Shown: positions 51,923-63,148 of the stretch, piece by piece | How positions within the stretch are numbered: position 1 is the stretch's first letter | How the letters are laid out: every line of letters begins with the position of its first letter | Assembly (NCBI GenBank): GCA_964639295.1 | Contig: CAZXDT010000001.1 | Span: forward strand, 52,784 to 116,783 | Source of the DNA: an uncultured Candidatus Saccharibacteria bacterium | GTDB lineage: Bacteria; Patescibacteriota; Saccharimonadia; Saccharimonadales; JALRHH01 | Reading direction: 5' to 3' | DNA: 64,000 bases | Translations under genes and position numbers: made by a program | The notes under the pieces: generated by a model | What the model saw: only the letters and a program-made list of their open reading frames with translations | Told to the model about the DNA's origin: nothing | Databases searched by the model: none

Positions 51923-52882
51923 CTATTTATTAGCGCGTCGTTGCTTATCTAATGTTATCTCTCGAATATTTTGATGAGCAGGGTGGATACGTTGCTTTGG
52001 CAGAATTGGGGCAGGATCTCCTTCTCGACGCTGTCGAGGTATAAATTGATTAATTGCCGCGACCAGTCCATCGTCATCTATATGTGGTGCAACGTAACCA
52101 TTGTCGCCCATTGCTAGTACTAACCTTTTGAGTTGATCCGTCGCATTACCCATAGCAACACCTACACCACACACCTCAATAAATTCGCTATCTGATGTAC
52201 TATCGCCAATCGCCAAAATGTCATTTGTGGCTATACCGTGAAATTGAGCCATAGTTTCTGGTGCAGTAGCCTTGGAGACATCTGCCCGAGTAATGAGTGC
52301 AGCGTCACGGTTTTGCATCTGAGGATGGCCAGCCCAACTGACCGATAGCTCATTTCCTGCTGCTTCTGAAAGTTTATTACGCATGGTGGTATTGTCTCGA
52401 TCAAGCGCGACATGAAGCCGGACCGGGGCCGCACCAAGCGCGACGTATAGATTACCCACTAATTCAGGCTTGCGACCTAAAATATCCGCATATTCTTCTT
52501 GTTCTTCATAGCCCTCAAATCGTTTATCGGCTAAGTATCTATCAGGGGTGTGTATCGCTACCGGCAGGTCATTATCTAGGCAAAAGTCGATCATCCTCTT
52601 TGCTGCACCGATATGCAGCCGTTTAACTTCAATGTGTGAGCCGTCTTTACCTTCGGTAACAACTGCAGCATTGTCTGAAAATTGAGGACCCTCAAGCTTC
52701 AACTCCTGTACTAAATTCTCAATCGCAAAGTAAGGCTTAGCGGTACAGAGGCTAATTGGCATACCCATATTACGTATTTCATGCAACCTAGCTACAACTT
52801 CTTCGCTGGGGTCTGGGTAGTTAAAACCAGGCCGATCACCGACAAGTACGCCATCAACATCTGTTAGTATGCCTTCTATCAT
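51923..52882 (-). CDS. HAD-superfamily hydrolase
   Basis: Motif I LTDVDGVLV; C-terminal GDSTSD (motif IV-like). Confidence 0.6.
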   Translation of the reverse strand: MIEGILTDVDGVLVGDRPGFNYPDPSEEVVARLHEIRNMGMPISLCTAKPYFAIENLVQELKLEGPQFSDNAAVVTEGKDGSHIEVKRLHIGAAKRMIDFCLDNDLPVAIHTPDRYLADKRFEGYEEQEEYADILGRKPELVGNLYVALGAAPVRLHVALDRDNTTMRNKLSEAAGNELSVSWAGHPQMQNRDAALITRADVSKATAPETMAQFHGIATNDILAIGDSTSDSEFIEVCGVGVAMGNATDQLKRLVLAMGDNGYVAPHIDDDGLVAAINQFIPRQRREGDPAPILPKQRIHPAHQNIREITLDKQRRANK

Positions 52883-53018
52883 TGCCGTATTTTACTATAT
52901 CCGTGTTAATACCGTCGGTAATCTAGATTACAAGGTATACAACGTCGTTCATATGCCAACAGTAACGATACTGCAGCATGTGAGATATGTGCAGTAGGAT
53001 TGACTACAGTGTGTTATA

Positions 53019-53693
53019 TTGAATAATATGAGAACCAACCGGCAACAAGCTGATCTTGAGAAACTCATCCTCTCTGGTAGGCGTATTAGGATGCCTAAGG
53101 GCCAGGCACTGTACTTTACTGACGACCAATATACCTTGATTATACTGACCGAAGGGTTTGTTAAGCGGTACCTCATTACAAACGATGGTTCGCAAAGCAT
53201 TCAATCTATCTACGGTGCGTATGATGTCTTCCCGATAACTCCCGTATTTAAAATTCTGTTTGGACAGCCCGTCTATACCGGTCTTGAAACCGCATACTAC
53301 GAAGCCGTAACACCGATAACATTCCATGCCATCAACCGAGCCACACTTGAACAGGCCGTCCAAGATAATCCAAAACTCCATAGAGACATCCTATATGCAT
53401 GTGGTATTCGACTACGTACTAGTATGCAGCGACTCGAGAATTCATCACTTAAAAGTGCTAAAAAACAGATTGCCCATGAACTTGTTTTCCTCGCTGAAGA
53501 GTTCGGTAGCAAAAAAGACGGTAAGGTATATATTGATATGCCTCTTACGCACCAAACACTCGCATCAATTCTTAATTTAGCTCGGGAAACGGTGACTGTT
53601 GCGTTGAACAGACTTGCGGAAAAAGAACTGATAGAGACAGGGGCCGGACTAGTGATACTAGACCTTGAAGGCTTGATTAAAGCCGCCAGATAA
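53019..53693 (+). CDS. Crp/Fnr family transcriptional regulator
   Basis: cNMP-binding-like N-terminus, C-terminal HTH (LASILNLARETVTVALNRL). Confidence 0.75.
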   Translation: MNNMRTNRQQADLEKLILSGRRIRMPKGQALYFTDDQYTLIILTEGFVKRYLITNDGSQSIQSIYGAYDVFPITPVFKILFGQPVYTGLETAYYEAVTPITFHAINRATLEQAVQDNPKLHRDILYACGIRLRTSMQRLENSSLKSAKKQIAHELVFLAEEFGSKKDGKVYIDMPLTHQTLASILNLARETVTVALNRLAEKELIETGAGLVILDLEGLIKAAR

Positions 53694-53828
53694 ATTCTTT
53701 AGAACTTTTTTGATTATATTACTATTACATGGTATTATTAGTGCATTATATAGGCGGTCTTTTTAATGCATCGTTGTCTATTTCAACCAAGGCATTAACC
53801 AGACCACACAAATACCAGGAGATAACCG

Positions 53829-54316
53829 TGATAGAGCTTTGCGACCACAAAGCTGTCGGAGTCATTATCCATAACCCCGAAGGTGATGTTGCTTTACTCC
53901 GGAGAACCCAATTTCCGTTAGGTATGACGCCTCCAACAGGGCATGTTGATGACCACGGTGGACTCAGGCAAGCTGCGGTTGATGAGGTTAGAGAGGAAAG
54001 TGGGCTCATTGTTTGCCCCGAGGATCTTGTTGAAACCGAGATCAGTAACTGGCTTATAACAGCAAAATGTCGCAGGTTAAACGGTAATCATCACTACTGG
54101 ACAGTGTACAAAACGGCTGAGTTCAAGGGTTCATTGACACCAAATATCACCGAGACAGAAGATGGTGACTGGTACGACAGAGTCGCACTGCAATCATTAG
54201 CCAACATAACTCATAATTACATGGAACGTCGAATCAGCAAGACTGAGTGGCAAAAAAACCCTGGCCTCGAAACTACATGGCTACGATCTCTTGTAGTACT
54301 TGGTTATGTGAAATAA
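53829..54316 (+). CDS. NUDIX-like hydrolase
   Basis: GHVDDHGGLRQAAVDEVREESGL degenerate Nudix box. GTG start with AGGAGA RBS. Confidence 0.45.
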
Positions 54317-54349
54317 ATAACCAAAAGCTGTCCAAAATAGATGTATTTA

Positions 54350-54601
54350 TCAAGAAATATTAAGCGCTTGCTTAAACTTACCGTGATCAAAGCCTAGTAT
54401 TTTTGTGTTAGTACCATCGTCGGCCGTGATAACGGTAAACGGCACACCGATCATGCCATCATTGACAGACAAGAATTCAGCCATTGCAGCTGGATCCTCG
54501 TCGGTGTTTTTCTTAGTGTACGCAATGCTTTGCTTATCAAGCCAGCCAGTCACCAAGTGACAGGTCGCGCAGGTTGTTGTTGAGTAAATTGTTACATTCA
54601 T
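54350..54601 (-). CDS. Glutaredoxin-like (NrdH-type) protein
   Basis: TTCATCH CxxC at the N-terminus, thioredoxin-fold length. Confidence 0.6.
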   Translation of the reverse strand: MNVTIYSTTTCATCHLVTGWLDKQSIAYTKKNTDEDPAAMAEFLSVNDGMIGVPFTVITADDGTNTKILGFDHGKFKQALNIS

Positions 54602-54619
54602 AGTTTCTCCTATTATTTA

Positions 54620-56320
54620 TTAGCTTCCGAAGGTAAATGCATTTAACTCTGTACCATCTGGCACGCTTAGTTCGATAACTCCGTCGTCCCGAAACTTATC
54701 GTACATCACCAAACGATACAGCTTATTCTCTCCGACAGTAACTTTGCTCTGTTTAACATCTGACCCAGCAGCACCCTCGCTGCTAATTAGCTGACCATTG
54801 AGTGTCACGCTGATCATGGCTGGAGTAGGTGACCCCATAACCAAATATGCTTCCTTGGCAGCAATATGGAACCTAAGAATGCTGTTACCTCGGGCAATTA
54901 TCTTCTGATCCCTGACTTCCCAAATACCACCTAGTGTCCAATGATTCTTTGGCAGGGCAGAGGCAGGAGTAAAATTCTGGATAGGTGCTGCAGCGATAGC
55001 TTTATCGTTATCAAAGTTGCTAGCCCGTGCTGAACCGAGGTATGTTTCCGGTGTCTGCATGGCACTTATTGGTGGTGCACTGCTATTTGTTGTCATTTTA
55101 GTGCTACCGAGATTTACACCGTTTTCAGTAAGCAATAATCTAATCGCTTCTTCAGTTTTATCGTACTCGCCCTCGCCCTCATGAACACGGCGAACTTTGC
55201 CGTTTGCATCAATAAGGTATCCGGCAGGCCATGAGCGATTCTGGAAGGCAGCCCAAGTTGCAAAATCATTATCAAGTGCTACAGGGTAGGGAATGCCTTG
55301 ATCCCGCACTGCCTTCTCGACATTAGCCTTGTTCTTTTCGAAGGCAAACTCAGGCGCATGCACCCCAACAATGACAAAACCTTTGTCTTTGTACGTGTTA
55401 TACCAATCGATAAGATAGGGATTATTACGAATACAATTGATACAGCTGTATGTCCAGAAATCTACTAGGACAACTTTGCCCTTCAGATCGCTCTTAGTTA
55501 GTGGCTTGCCATTAATCCAGTCGTTTAGCCCTGTGAATTCCGGCGCATCGTATGGCTTAGCAACATTCAATACCTCGCTATTTGTTTCACGTCCTTTTGG
55601 AAGCAGTCCGCTTGATATTGAGTCAAAATTAAATACTGTATGGGTAGAAACGAATGTTTGGAACTTTTTGTCATACCCTGTCATGATGAATATACCGGTG
55701 ATTATGAACAATATCGCCAAGGTTCGCTGGAACCAACCTTTTGGGTTACTCGCAAACTTAATCTTTGCAACAAATGTTTGACCGTAATATCCAATTAGTA
55801 GCAGTACCAGGCTAAGACCTAATATATATGAGGTAATGTAAATCATCGCCTGGACAAAATTGACAGGCAAGACAGTAGCTAGGATATATGCATATACAGG
55901 ACTGCAGCTAGAGAACACGGGACCTAGTGCGGCGCCAATGATAATTGGCCCACGGTACTTATTGACGTTTGTGTAGCCCTTAGTTAATCCACCTAGCGCA
56001 CGCTGTTCTATCCCAAGTCTCGCAATAAGCCTGGCATAGAGTGAGGGAAACAGCGTGAGCAGGCCAAGAGTAAGTACGATACCACCAGATATATAGGTAA
56101 AGGTGGTTGGTGGGATATCAATCAGTAGGGTGGTAGCTTTAAGCAGCAATGTAAAGGCAAACAGTGAAACAGCCAGTGAGGCAGCAATAATAAGTGGCCG
56201 CTTTTTGTCTTTGGTGTCACCCCCGACTGAGCCACCGATGATAACAGGTAGTAGAAACAGTACGCACGGAGCGAGTACTGTCAGTATACCGGCTATGAAT
56301 GATCCGAAAAGTAGAAACAT
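54620..56320 (-). CDS. CcdA/DsbD-like membrane thiol-disulfide transporter fused to a TlpA/ResA-like thioredoxin domain
   Basis: Paired Cys in TM helices (LAPCVL..SSCSP); thioredoxin WTYSCINC motif. Confidence 0.7.
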   Translation of the reverse strand: MFLLFGSFIAGILTVLAPCVLFLLPVIIGGSVGGDTKDKKRPLIIAASLAVSLFAFTLLLKATTLLIDIPPTTFTYISGGIVLTLGLLTLFPSLYARLIARLGIEQRALGGLTKGYTNVNKYRGPIIIGAALGPVFSSCSPVYAYILATVLPVNFVQAMIYITSYILGLSLVLLLIGYYGQTFVAKIKFASNPKGWFQRTLAILFIITGIFIMTGYDKKFQTFVSTHTVFNFDSISSGLLPKGRETNSEVLNVAKPYDAPEFTGLNDWINGKPLTKSDLKGKVVLVDFWTYSCINCIRNNPYLIDWYNTYKDKGFVIVGVHAPEFAFEKNKANVEKAVRDQGIPYPVALDNDFATWAAFQNRSWPAGYLIDANGKVRRVHEGEGEYDKTEEAIRLLLTENGVNLGSTKMTTNSSAPPISAMQTPETYLGSARASNFDNDKAIAAAPIQNFTPASALPKNHWTLGGIWEVRDQKIIARGNSILRFHIAAKEAYLVMGSPTPAMISVTLNGQLISSEGAAGSDVKQSKVTVGENKLYRLVMYDKFRDDGVIELSVPDGTELNAFTFGS

Positions 56321-56511
56321 ATTTTCTCCTGGTTAATAGATACGTGCTTTATTTGAGCCCGCTGTGGTAGGTGGCAGATCAGTACAATATACACTTAAAA
56401 TACTGTCCAACATCTACACACAGCAGACCTAAACAAAGCAGGGAACTAAAAGTTGTTAATTTTAGTGCTCGTAGTGAGTGCGTACTCACTACGAGCCATT
56501 TGGGCACTCTA

Positions 56512-57141
56512 CTAGAGAGTACTTGGGTTTACTGGAAGTAATACGTTCTTAATAACGTGAGTTACTCCGTTGCTTGAGATAACATCAGCTGTCTCAATTT
56601 CAACTTGCTGCATAGTTGCGTCAACAACATATACTTTGTTGTCTACAACCTTGAAGCTTAGTGTTCCACCTTGCACAGTCTTAACTGTTGCACCACTTGC
56701 TGCCATCGCACGTAGATCAGCAGTTGTGTATGTACCAGCTACGACATGGTAAGTAAGTACTGTCTTGAGTAGGTCGTTATTGCCAGCAACCTTAGACAAG
56801 ATGTCCTTAGGTACTGCGTTAAACGCGTCATTGCTTGGAGCAAAGACCGTGAATGGACCAGTACTCTTAAGCGTGTCTACAAGACCAGCTTGCTTAACAA
56901 GGCCGACGACTGTTGTTACGTTGGATGCATTAACTGCATTATCAACGATATCCTTATTGGCAACCATCTTAGCGCCACCGACAGTTACACCGTCAGAAGC
57001 ATCAGCCTTCATAGAGCTTTCTGAACTTTTTGCTTTATTGTCATCTTTGTTGTTACCAGCTGCGTAACCAATACCGCCACCTACGACTGCACCGATTACG
57101 AGTGTTACAAGCACTCCGACTATTTTATTGTGATCTGACAT
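56512..57141 (-). CDS. Fasciclin (FAS1) domain protein, membrane-anchored
   Basis: TVFAPSNDAF and HVV motifs of FAS1. Confidence 0.75.
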   Translation of the reverse strand: MSDHNKIVGVLVTLVIGAVVGGGIGYAAGNNKDDNKAKSSESSMKADASDGVTVGGAKMVANKDIVDNAVNASNVTTVVGLVKQAGLVDTLKSTGPFTVFAPSNDAFNAVPKDILSKVAGNNDLLKTVLTYHVVAGTYTTADLRAMAASGATVKTVQGGTLSFKVVDNKVYVVDATMQQVEIETADVISSNGVTHVIKNVLLPVNPSTL

Positions 57142-57184
57142 TTTGTCCTCCTTGAACCCCGCAGGGCTTTGATGTTAGGTTTAC

Positions 57185-57213
57185 TTGACTTAGTAAACAT
57201 ACTTTGATAGTAT
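57185..57213 (+). promoter_or_regulatory. Sigma-70-like promoter TTGACT-17-TAGTAT upstream of the MarR gene
   Basis: Near-consensus -35/-10 with 17-nt spacer, 10 nt before the ATG. Confidence 0.45.
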
Positions 57214-57222
57214 AGTAGTGTT

Positions 57223-57693
57223 ATGAACGTGTCAAACAAATTGTCAACAACAGGTAAGTCTATCCAAGACATCACCACATACCAAGTAGGTGCTATTGAG
57301 TCTGCAGCCCACCGGGCACTACGCCAGCACAAAGATAGTCTTCTGAAAGAGTATGGCATTACAGGTATGGATTGGTATGTAATCGGGCTCGTAGCCGATC
57401 ATGGAACCGATGGTATCCGCACTACTGACCTTGCCGATCAGCTTGGAACTACTATGGGATTTTTGACAAAGACTGTTAATCTTCTAGAAGCCAAGAACAT
57501 ATTGCACCGCGCAGCAAATGCTAAAGATGCACGCTCGCACTATATTATTTTGAATAAGCTATATGTAAAGACAGTTAACGAGATTGAGATAGCACTTCGT
57601 GACAAATTACGTGGCACTATATATAGCGTTGTTACGCAAGAGGAACTCAAGACATATATTGAGGTCATGGAAAAGTTCAGTAAACTGGCGTAA
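57223..57693 (+). CDS. MarR family transcriptional regulator
   Basis: Winged HTH (TDLADQLGTTMGFLTKTVNLLEAKN). Confidence 0.75.
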   Translation: MNVSNKLSTTGKSIQDITTYQVGAIESAAHRALRQHKDSLLKEYGITGMDWYVIGLVADHGTDGIRTTDLADQLGTTMGFLTKTVNLLEAKNILHRAANAKDARSHYIILNKLYVKTVNEIEIALRDKLRGTIYSVVTQEELKTYIEVMEKFSKLA

Positions 57694-57773
57694 ATATCGT
57701 TCAGTTTAGACACAGACAAAGTTAGTAGACTCCTATAGTTGCTTATTAAAGTGACGATAACGATAGGAGTGCC

Positions 57774-58298
57774 ATGAAGAAACATTTAGTAATTGCTGCT
57801 TCGGTAGCCACCATTGGTCTCGCAGGTCTTGGTGCTGGTGTCGCCCATGCTGCAACGTCGTCCAGTACAAAGGCCGATCCAATGTCGAGTCTAGTCGATA
57901 AGATTGCGACTAAGTTCAATCTTAATAAGTCGGAGGTGCAGCAGGTTTTTGATGCTCAAAAGACCGAAATGCAAGCCCAGCGTGAAACAGAAGTTAAGGC
58001 TGATGTCGCAAAGCTTGTCACAGACGGCAAGATTACACAGGCACAAGCTGACTTAATCAATGCCAAGCGCGAAGAGCTTGAGAAGCAACGTGAAACTGAC
58101 AGAGCAAGCTTTGACAGTATGAGCGATGCCGACCGCAAGACAGCCATGGATAAGAAAAAGACTGATCTTGAGTCATGGGCCAAGACAAACGGCATAGATA
58201 CACAGTATCTTCGTTATGTCATGGGCGGTGGCCACGGTCACGGAGGCCCTGGCGGCCACCATGGTGACATAGACAAGCCAGCCGACACCAACCAATAG
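57774..58298 (+). CDS. Secreted coiled-coil protein with Gly/His-rich C-terminus
   Basis: Signal peptide (..GVAHA-AT); C-terminal GGGHGHGGPGGHHGD. Confidence 0.45.
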   Translation: MKKHLVIAASVATIGLAGLGAGVAHAATSSSTKADPMSSLVDKIATKFNLNKSEVQQVFDAQKTEMQAQRETEVKADVAKLVTDGKITQAQADLINAKREELEKQRETDRASFDSMSDADRKTAMDKKKTDLESWAKTNGIDTQYLRYVMGGGHGHGGPGGHHGDIDKPADTNQ

Positions 58299-58319
58299 TC
58301 CTATACACCTCCAAACTAA

Positions 58320-58347
58320 TACCGGCCTCGCCCAGGCCGGTATTTTT
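58320..58347 (+). terminator. Intrinsic terminator
   Basis: ACCGGCC-TCGCCCA-GGCCGGT plus ATTTTTAT. Confidence 0.65.
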
Positions 58348-58408
58348 ATGTAGTGTAGTGATGCTTTCTCTCAGCTAACTTTCAAGTAAGGGTATAATAA
58401 TGGGGTAC

Positions 58409-59095
58409 ATGAGAATACTTATTGTAGAAGACGAACACAAGATTGCCAGCGCGATTAAGCGCGGGCTTGAGCAACAATCATACGCGGTTGATATTGCGTA
58501 TGACGGTGACGATGGGTTAGCTATGGCTACTACCGAACCGTATGACCTTATTATTTTAGACCGCATGCTGCCTGGAACTATTGATGGCATTGGCATATTG
58601 CAGAAACTACGTAAACAAAACATCCACACTCCGATTTTATTGCTAACTGCCAAAGATCGTGTTCTGGACAGGGCAGAAGGGCTTAATGCAGGAGCAGATG
58701 ATTATCTTGTTAAACCGTTTGCATTCGTTGAGTTAATCGCTCGTGTTCGCGCATTACTCCGTCGCTCACCCAAAACTACCGGAACCGTCCTTAGTTATGA
58801 CACATTGCATGTCGACCCAGAAAACATGACTGTTGAGCGTGACGGTAAGCAGATCCAAGTAACGGCAAAAGAGTTTGCACTACTCGAATATTTTTTACGG
58901 AACAAAGAACGCATAGTTAGCAAAGACACACTCATGCAACATGTATGGGACTACGATGCAGATATATTGCCAAACACTGTTGAGGTATACATTGGATACC
59001 TGCGTAACAAAATCGACAAGCCGTTCAAGGGCGCTACTGAGTTGATCCATACCCGGCGTGGATTCGGATACTATTTTGGGGCTAAGCCGTCGTGA
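58409..59095 (+). CDS. OmpR-family response regulator
   Basis: MRILIVEDE receiver plus winged-helix output. TATAAT sits 10 nt upstream of the ATG. Confidence 0.85.
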   Translation: MRILIVEDEHKIASAIKRGLEQQSYAVDIAYDGDDGLAMATTEPYDLIILDRMLPGTIDGIGILQKLRKQNIHTPILLLTAKDRVLDRAEGLNAGADDYLVKPFAFVELIARVRALLRRSPKTTGTVLSYDTLHVDPENMTVERDGKQIQVTAKEFALLEYFLRNKERIVSKDTLMQHVWDYDADILPNTVEVYIGYLRNKIDKPFKGATELIHTRRGFGYYFGAKPS

Positions 59096-60111
59096 ATCTA
59101 CACAAAGGCTCACTAAAACTTGCGGGGCTTTATCTGGGAGTGCTGATGATAATCAGCCTCTTTTTTAGTACTACGTTGTATCAGACTTCTATCAAGGAAC
59201 TAGAGCGTGGTTTGCGACGCCCGACGGCAGTATTCAATACCCTAGAAGGCCCAGGCAGTGGCTTCCCGGTAAATATTCGAACACAGTTTCTCGACGAGCG
59301 TGAAGCACAATACCAAGAAGCCCACGATAGAATACTCAATAACTTAATCCTTACTAACTTATTGATCCTGGTTGGTGGTGGAGCACTGTGTTACTACCTT
59401 GCACTCCGGACACTCAAACCAATCGAGGAAGCTCACGAAGCGCAGAGTCGCTTCACGGCAGATGCTAGCCATGAACTGCGTACACCAATTACTGCCATGC
59501 GTACAGAAAACGAAGTTGCACTAATGGACCCTAAACTGACGCTCAAAGATGCTAAACAACAGCTCAAGAGTAATGTCGAAGAGCTCGAAAAATTATCTAG
59601 TTTATCGGAAGGCTTGTTACGGCTCGCCCAAATAGACAATAACCACCTAGTAAAGTCTGCAGTAAAAGCAGAAACCATAGCTCAAGCAGCCGTTAATCGA
59701 GTACTGCCACAAGCCGAAACGCATGGGGTACTCATAAAATCAGAAATCAAGACTAATACGGAAGTACTTGTTGATGAAGCCAGTGCCACGGAAGCGCTTG
59801 TGACATTGATAGATAACGCCGTTAAATACTCACCCAGAAATTCTGAAGTGATTGTGCGTGTTACACATGATCAAAAACAAGCACTCTTCCAGGTAATCGA
59901 CAATGGGGCAGGTATCAAAAAAGGAGAACTACCCTACATCTTTGAACGTTTCTACCGCGCTGACGTATCCCGGACCAAGCAAAAAGTCGATGGCTACGGT
60001 CTAGGCCTAGCAATTGCACAAAACATCATTGAGCGACACGATGGCACAATCAGTGTAAAAAGTGCTCCCGGTAAAGGTTCAACTTTCACGATTAAGCTAC
60101 CTCTCAGTTAA
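59092..60111 (+). CDS. Sensor histidine kinase
   Basis: H-box [12 protein letters not shown]; HATPase N/G boxes ([23 protein letters not shown]). Overlaps the RR stop (GTGA). Confidence 0.85.
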   Translation: MNLHKGSLKLAGLYLGVLMIISLFFSTTLYQTSIKELERGLRRPTAVFNTLEGPGSGFPVNIRTQFLDEREAQYQEAHDRILNNLILTNLLILVGGGALCYYLALRTLKPIEEAHEAQSRFTADASHELRTPITAMRTENEVALMDPKLTLKDAKQQLKSNVEELEKLSSLSEGLLRLAQIDNNHLVKSAVKAETIAQAAVNRVLPQAETHGVLIKSEIKTNTEVLVDEASATEALVTLIDNAVKYSPRNSEVIVRVTHDQKQALFQVIDNGAGIKKGELPYIFERFYRADVSRTKQKVDGYGLGLAIAQNIIERHDGTISVKSAPGKGSTFTIKLPLS

Positions 60112-60154
60112 GCGTTATTAACTAAAGGTAATTAACTAAAATGAGGGACATTAC

Positions 60155-61573
60155 ATGAGTGTTATTACTAGGGGGATCAAAAACTCGGTACGTAACCCAG
60201 CACGAACAGCTTCGGTTGTAGCATTGTTAGGCGTGGCGACTGCTTTTGCATTAAGTTTACTGTTAGCTAACCAAGCAGTTAAATCTAAAATAGAAAGTCT
60301 GAAGACATCGGGCGCTACTACGCTGACAATACAGTCAGCTGGATCAGCTGCTGGTCCTGGATTCCAGGGTGGTGGGGAACCTCTCACCAATGATATGTAC
60401 AATCAAGTTAAAGGTCTTGAGCACATTACCGATACTGGTGCTTCAACTGGTGGGGGTGGAGTGCGCGTAATGCGCGCCGAGGCAGGACAACAAGAACAAG
60501 GTACAGCGACATTTACCGCACCACAATCAGAAATCAATCTAGAGTCACCCGTAGACGCTGGTACGCTTGGCCGTAGACAATTTAGGGGCAATACTTCAAC
60601 AGAAAGTGTACCCAACTTTAAACTTCCCGTACAAGCAACAGGTGTTAGCGGTAACCTTGACCAAACAGGCAAAAACTATGTCCTGACGGCTGGAACTTGG
60701 TTTACCACAGAAGACGGCTATCAGGCGGTGGTAGGTAAAGATTTGGCAAGTCACAACAAGCTCAGTATTGGCTCCACGTTCACCGGATACAATCAGACAT
60801 TTACCGTAGTAGGTATTTACGATGCAGGCGATACTTTCCGCAATGCAACGGTGCTTATGCCACTTAAAACATTCCAAACAGTATCTAACCAACCAGGTGA
60901 GCTACGATCTATCATCGTAAAAGTAGATTCAATCGACAACATAGACACTGTACAAACCGCGATTAAAGACAAACTCGGTAGCAGCAAAGTAGATATCACG
61001 TCATCTGCACAGAGTACTCAGGATGCGATTAATAGTTTAAAAAGCATCCAGCATATTTCACTGGCTGGAGTCGTGATTGCCCTAGCTGCGGCGGCAGTAA
61101 TTCTATTCATGGTTATGATAATGATTGTCCGTGAACGTAAAAAAGAGATAGCTGTACTAAAGGCTATTGGCGGCAGTAACATCAAAATTACCGCTCAGTT
61201 TGTAACAGAAGCAGTCGCATTGACAGTAATTAGTATCGTTTTAGGAAGTATCATTGCACTCGCCAGCAGTAATCAAATTACTCGGTTACTGATCAATAGT
61301 AATACTACCGACACAAACTCCACGAGCCAATCAACAGGTACTACGACTGCTACAGCCAGTGGTGGTGCTAGTTTCCGCCGAATCGTTGGTGGACCAGGTG
61401 CCGAGCAACAAACAACATCTAAGGAATTATTGAAAGATGTTAAAGCGGATGTAGGTGCAAGCTTCTTGATAGAGGGCTTCTTGGCAGCAATTCTGATTGG
61501 CGCCCTTGGCTCTGCAATTCCTGCATACGCAATATCTAAAGTCCGCCCAGCGGAAGTGTTAAGAGGAGAGTGA
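60155..61573 (+). CDS. ABC transporter permease, FtsX/MacB-like
   Basis: N-terminal TM, large extracytoplasmic domain, C-terminal 3-TM FtsX module. Confidence 0.8.
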   Translation: MSVITRGIKNSVRNPARTASVVALLGVATAFALSLLLANQAVKSKIESLKTSGATTLTIQSAGSAAGPGFQGGGEPLTNDMYNQVKGLEHITDTGASTGGGGVRVMRAEAGQQEQGTATFTAPQSEINLESPVDAGTLGRRQFRGNTSTESVPNFKLPVQATGVSGNLDQTGKNYVLTAGTWFTTEDGYQAVVGKDLASHNKLSIGSTFTGYNQTFTVVGIYDAGDTFRNATVLMPLKTFQTVSNQPGELRSIIVKVDSIDNIDTVQTAIKDKLGSSKVDITSSAQSTQDAINSLKSIQHISLAGVVIALAAAAVILFMVMIMIVRERKKEIAVLKAIGGSNIKITAQFVTEAVALTVISIVLGSIIALASSNQITRLLINSNTTDTNSTSQSTGTTTATASGGASFRRIVGGPGAEQQTTSKELLKDVKADVGASFLIEGFLAAILIGALGSAIPAYAISKVRPAEVLRGE

Positions 61574-61574
61574 A

Positions 61575-62252
61575 ATGTTACAAGTTAAAGATTTAAAGAA
61601 AACATTCAAATCTGGTGATCACACAGTTACTGCAGTTGATGATCTAAGCTTTACTGTTCCAGAAGGTACATTTGCGGCCATCGTTGGCAGGTCGGGATCT
61701 GGTAAGAGTACACTGCTTAGCCTGCTTGGTACGCTCGACCGCCCAACAAGTGGTGAGATTATCGTGGGTGACAAAGATGTAACTAAGATGAATGATCAAA
61801 AACTCATCAAGTATCGCAGGCAAACCATTGGGTTTGTATTCCAAAGTTACAACTTAATACCCAATTTAACAGCGCTTGAAAACGTCATGCTCCCAATGGA
61901 ATTCGCAGGTGTATCATCAACCAAAAGAAAAGAGCGTGCAAATGAACTGCTCACAGAAGTAGGATTAAGCGAAGACGAACAACACCGAAAACCGGCAAGA
62001 TTATCTGGTGGTCAACAACAACGCGTAGCTATTGCACGAGCCCTAGCCAACAAGCCACATCTTATCCTTGCCGACGAGCCGACTGGAAACCTAGACAGCC
62101 AAACGGGCAAGATGATATTCGATTTATTACATCACCTAGCAAAATCGGAGAACACGACAATTATTGCCGTAACTCACGATCTCTCTATTGCCGGAAAGAC
62201 TGACATGAGCTTTACCCTGACCGATGGAAAAATCCATAAATCGAAGCACTAG
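61575..62252 (+). CDS. ABC transporter ATP-binding protein (MacB/LolD type)
   Basis: Walker [18 protein letters not shown] signature, Walker B ILADEPTG. Confidence 0.9.
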   Translation: MLQVKDLKKTFKSGDHTVTAVDDLSFTVPEGTFAAIVGRSGSGKSTLLSLLGTLDRPTSGEIIVGDKDVTKMNDQKLIKYRRQTIGFVFQSYNLIPNLTALENVMLPMEFAGVSSTKRKERANELLTEVGLSEDEQHRKPARLSGGQQQRVAIARALANKPHLILADEPTGNLDSQTGKMIFDLLHHLAKSENTTIIAVTHDLSIAGKTDMSFTLTDGKIHKSKH

Positions 62253-62281
62253 TCTGAAGCCGCATATGGTATCCTGATACT

Positions 62282-62911
62282 ATGCAACAAAAACAAAGTA
62301 CTCTGGCGACTTTACGTCGATTTATACGTCCAGAACCAGAAGAGCTCGTATTCTATCTCTTTGCACTTGCAACAATGCTAGGGATAGCGGGGTATAGAGT
62401 CGCCGTACAGGGACAAATTGGGGAAGATTCACAAAGTCTTATTGATGGACTTGGTGTCGCCAAAGAGACCTTATTTGGATTCTTTAATGCAACTGATTCC
62501 TGGGGTAGATTCTTCCTATTTGGGCTCTGGTTTTTGATCGGTACCGTTACATACATCATCGCATGGGCGGTAATCACTACACTTGTTGACCTATCAAATG
62601 ACATAAAGATTTCGTCTTCATTTGTACACCCTAAGTCGTTTCACCAATCAGATTACTGGGTGTCTATTCTGTCTCGAGCTATCCTTCGTACTTCAGCCGG
62701 AGGTGCGCTATTATTCTATGGCATATTTTGGCTCAGTGCATTCGCACCTGTATGGATCAGTTCCTTTCAGAGTACCTTCGGGCACGGCTTTACAGGAAAC
62801 CACATTACTGACTTTATAGTTGGGCTAGTTGGTGTTGCTTTCTCGCTGCATATTGCCGCAATTTTACTTCGACTTATGTTGCTACGCGCACACTATAGTT
62901 ACGAAGATTAA
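62282..62911 (+). CDS. Integral membrane hypothetical protein
   Basis: 4-5 TM helices. Confidence 0.4.
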   Translation: MQQKQSTLATLRRFIRPEPEELVFYLFALATMLGIAGYRVAVQGQIGEDSQSLIDGLGVAKETLFGFFNATDSWGRFFLFGLWFLIGTVTYIIAWAVITTLVDLSNDIKISSSFVHPKSFHQSDYWVSILSRAILRTSAGGALLFYGIFWLSAFAPVWISSFQSTFGHGFTGNHITDFIVGLVGVAFSLHIAAILLRLMLLRAHYSYED

Positions 62912-63148
62912 GTTTGCAAGATATTTCATAGCTGATACTGTCCACCGAGCACATACTTACTAGGAATAACCAGGGGGTGTCTATGGTTCAGTCCTACGAA
63001 GAGCGATACACCGGAGCTGAGTACCTGACCGGGCAAGAAGTGAGCTATGAAGAGATCATGGCAGTTTTAGCGAACCGTAATAGTATTTCGTCAATCGGCG
63101 ATAACGACATCATGTAGCTGCAAAAAGACTAGGTCCACTGGTGTGGTC

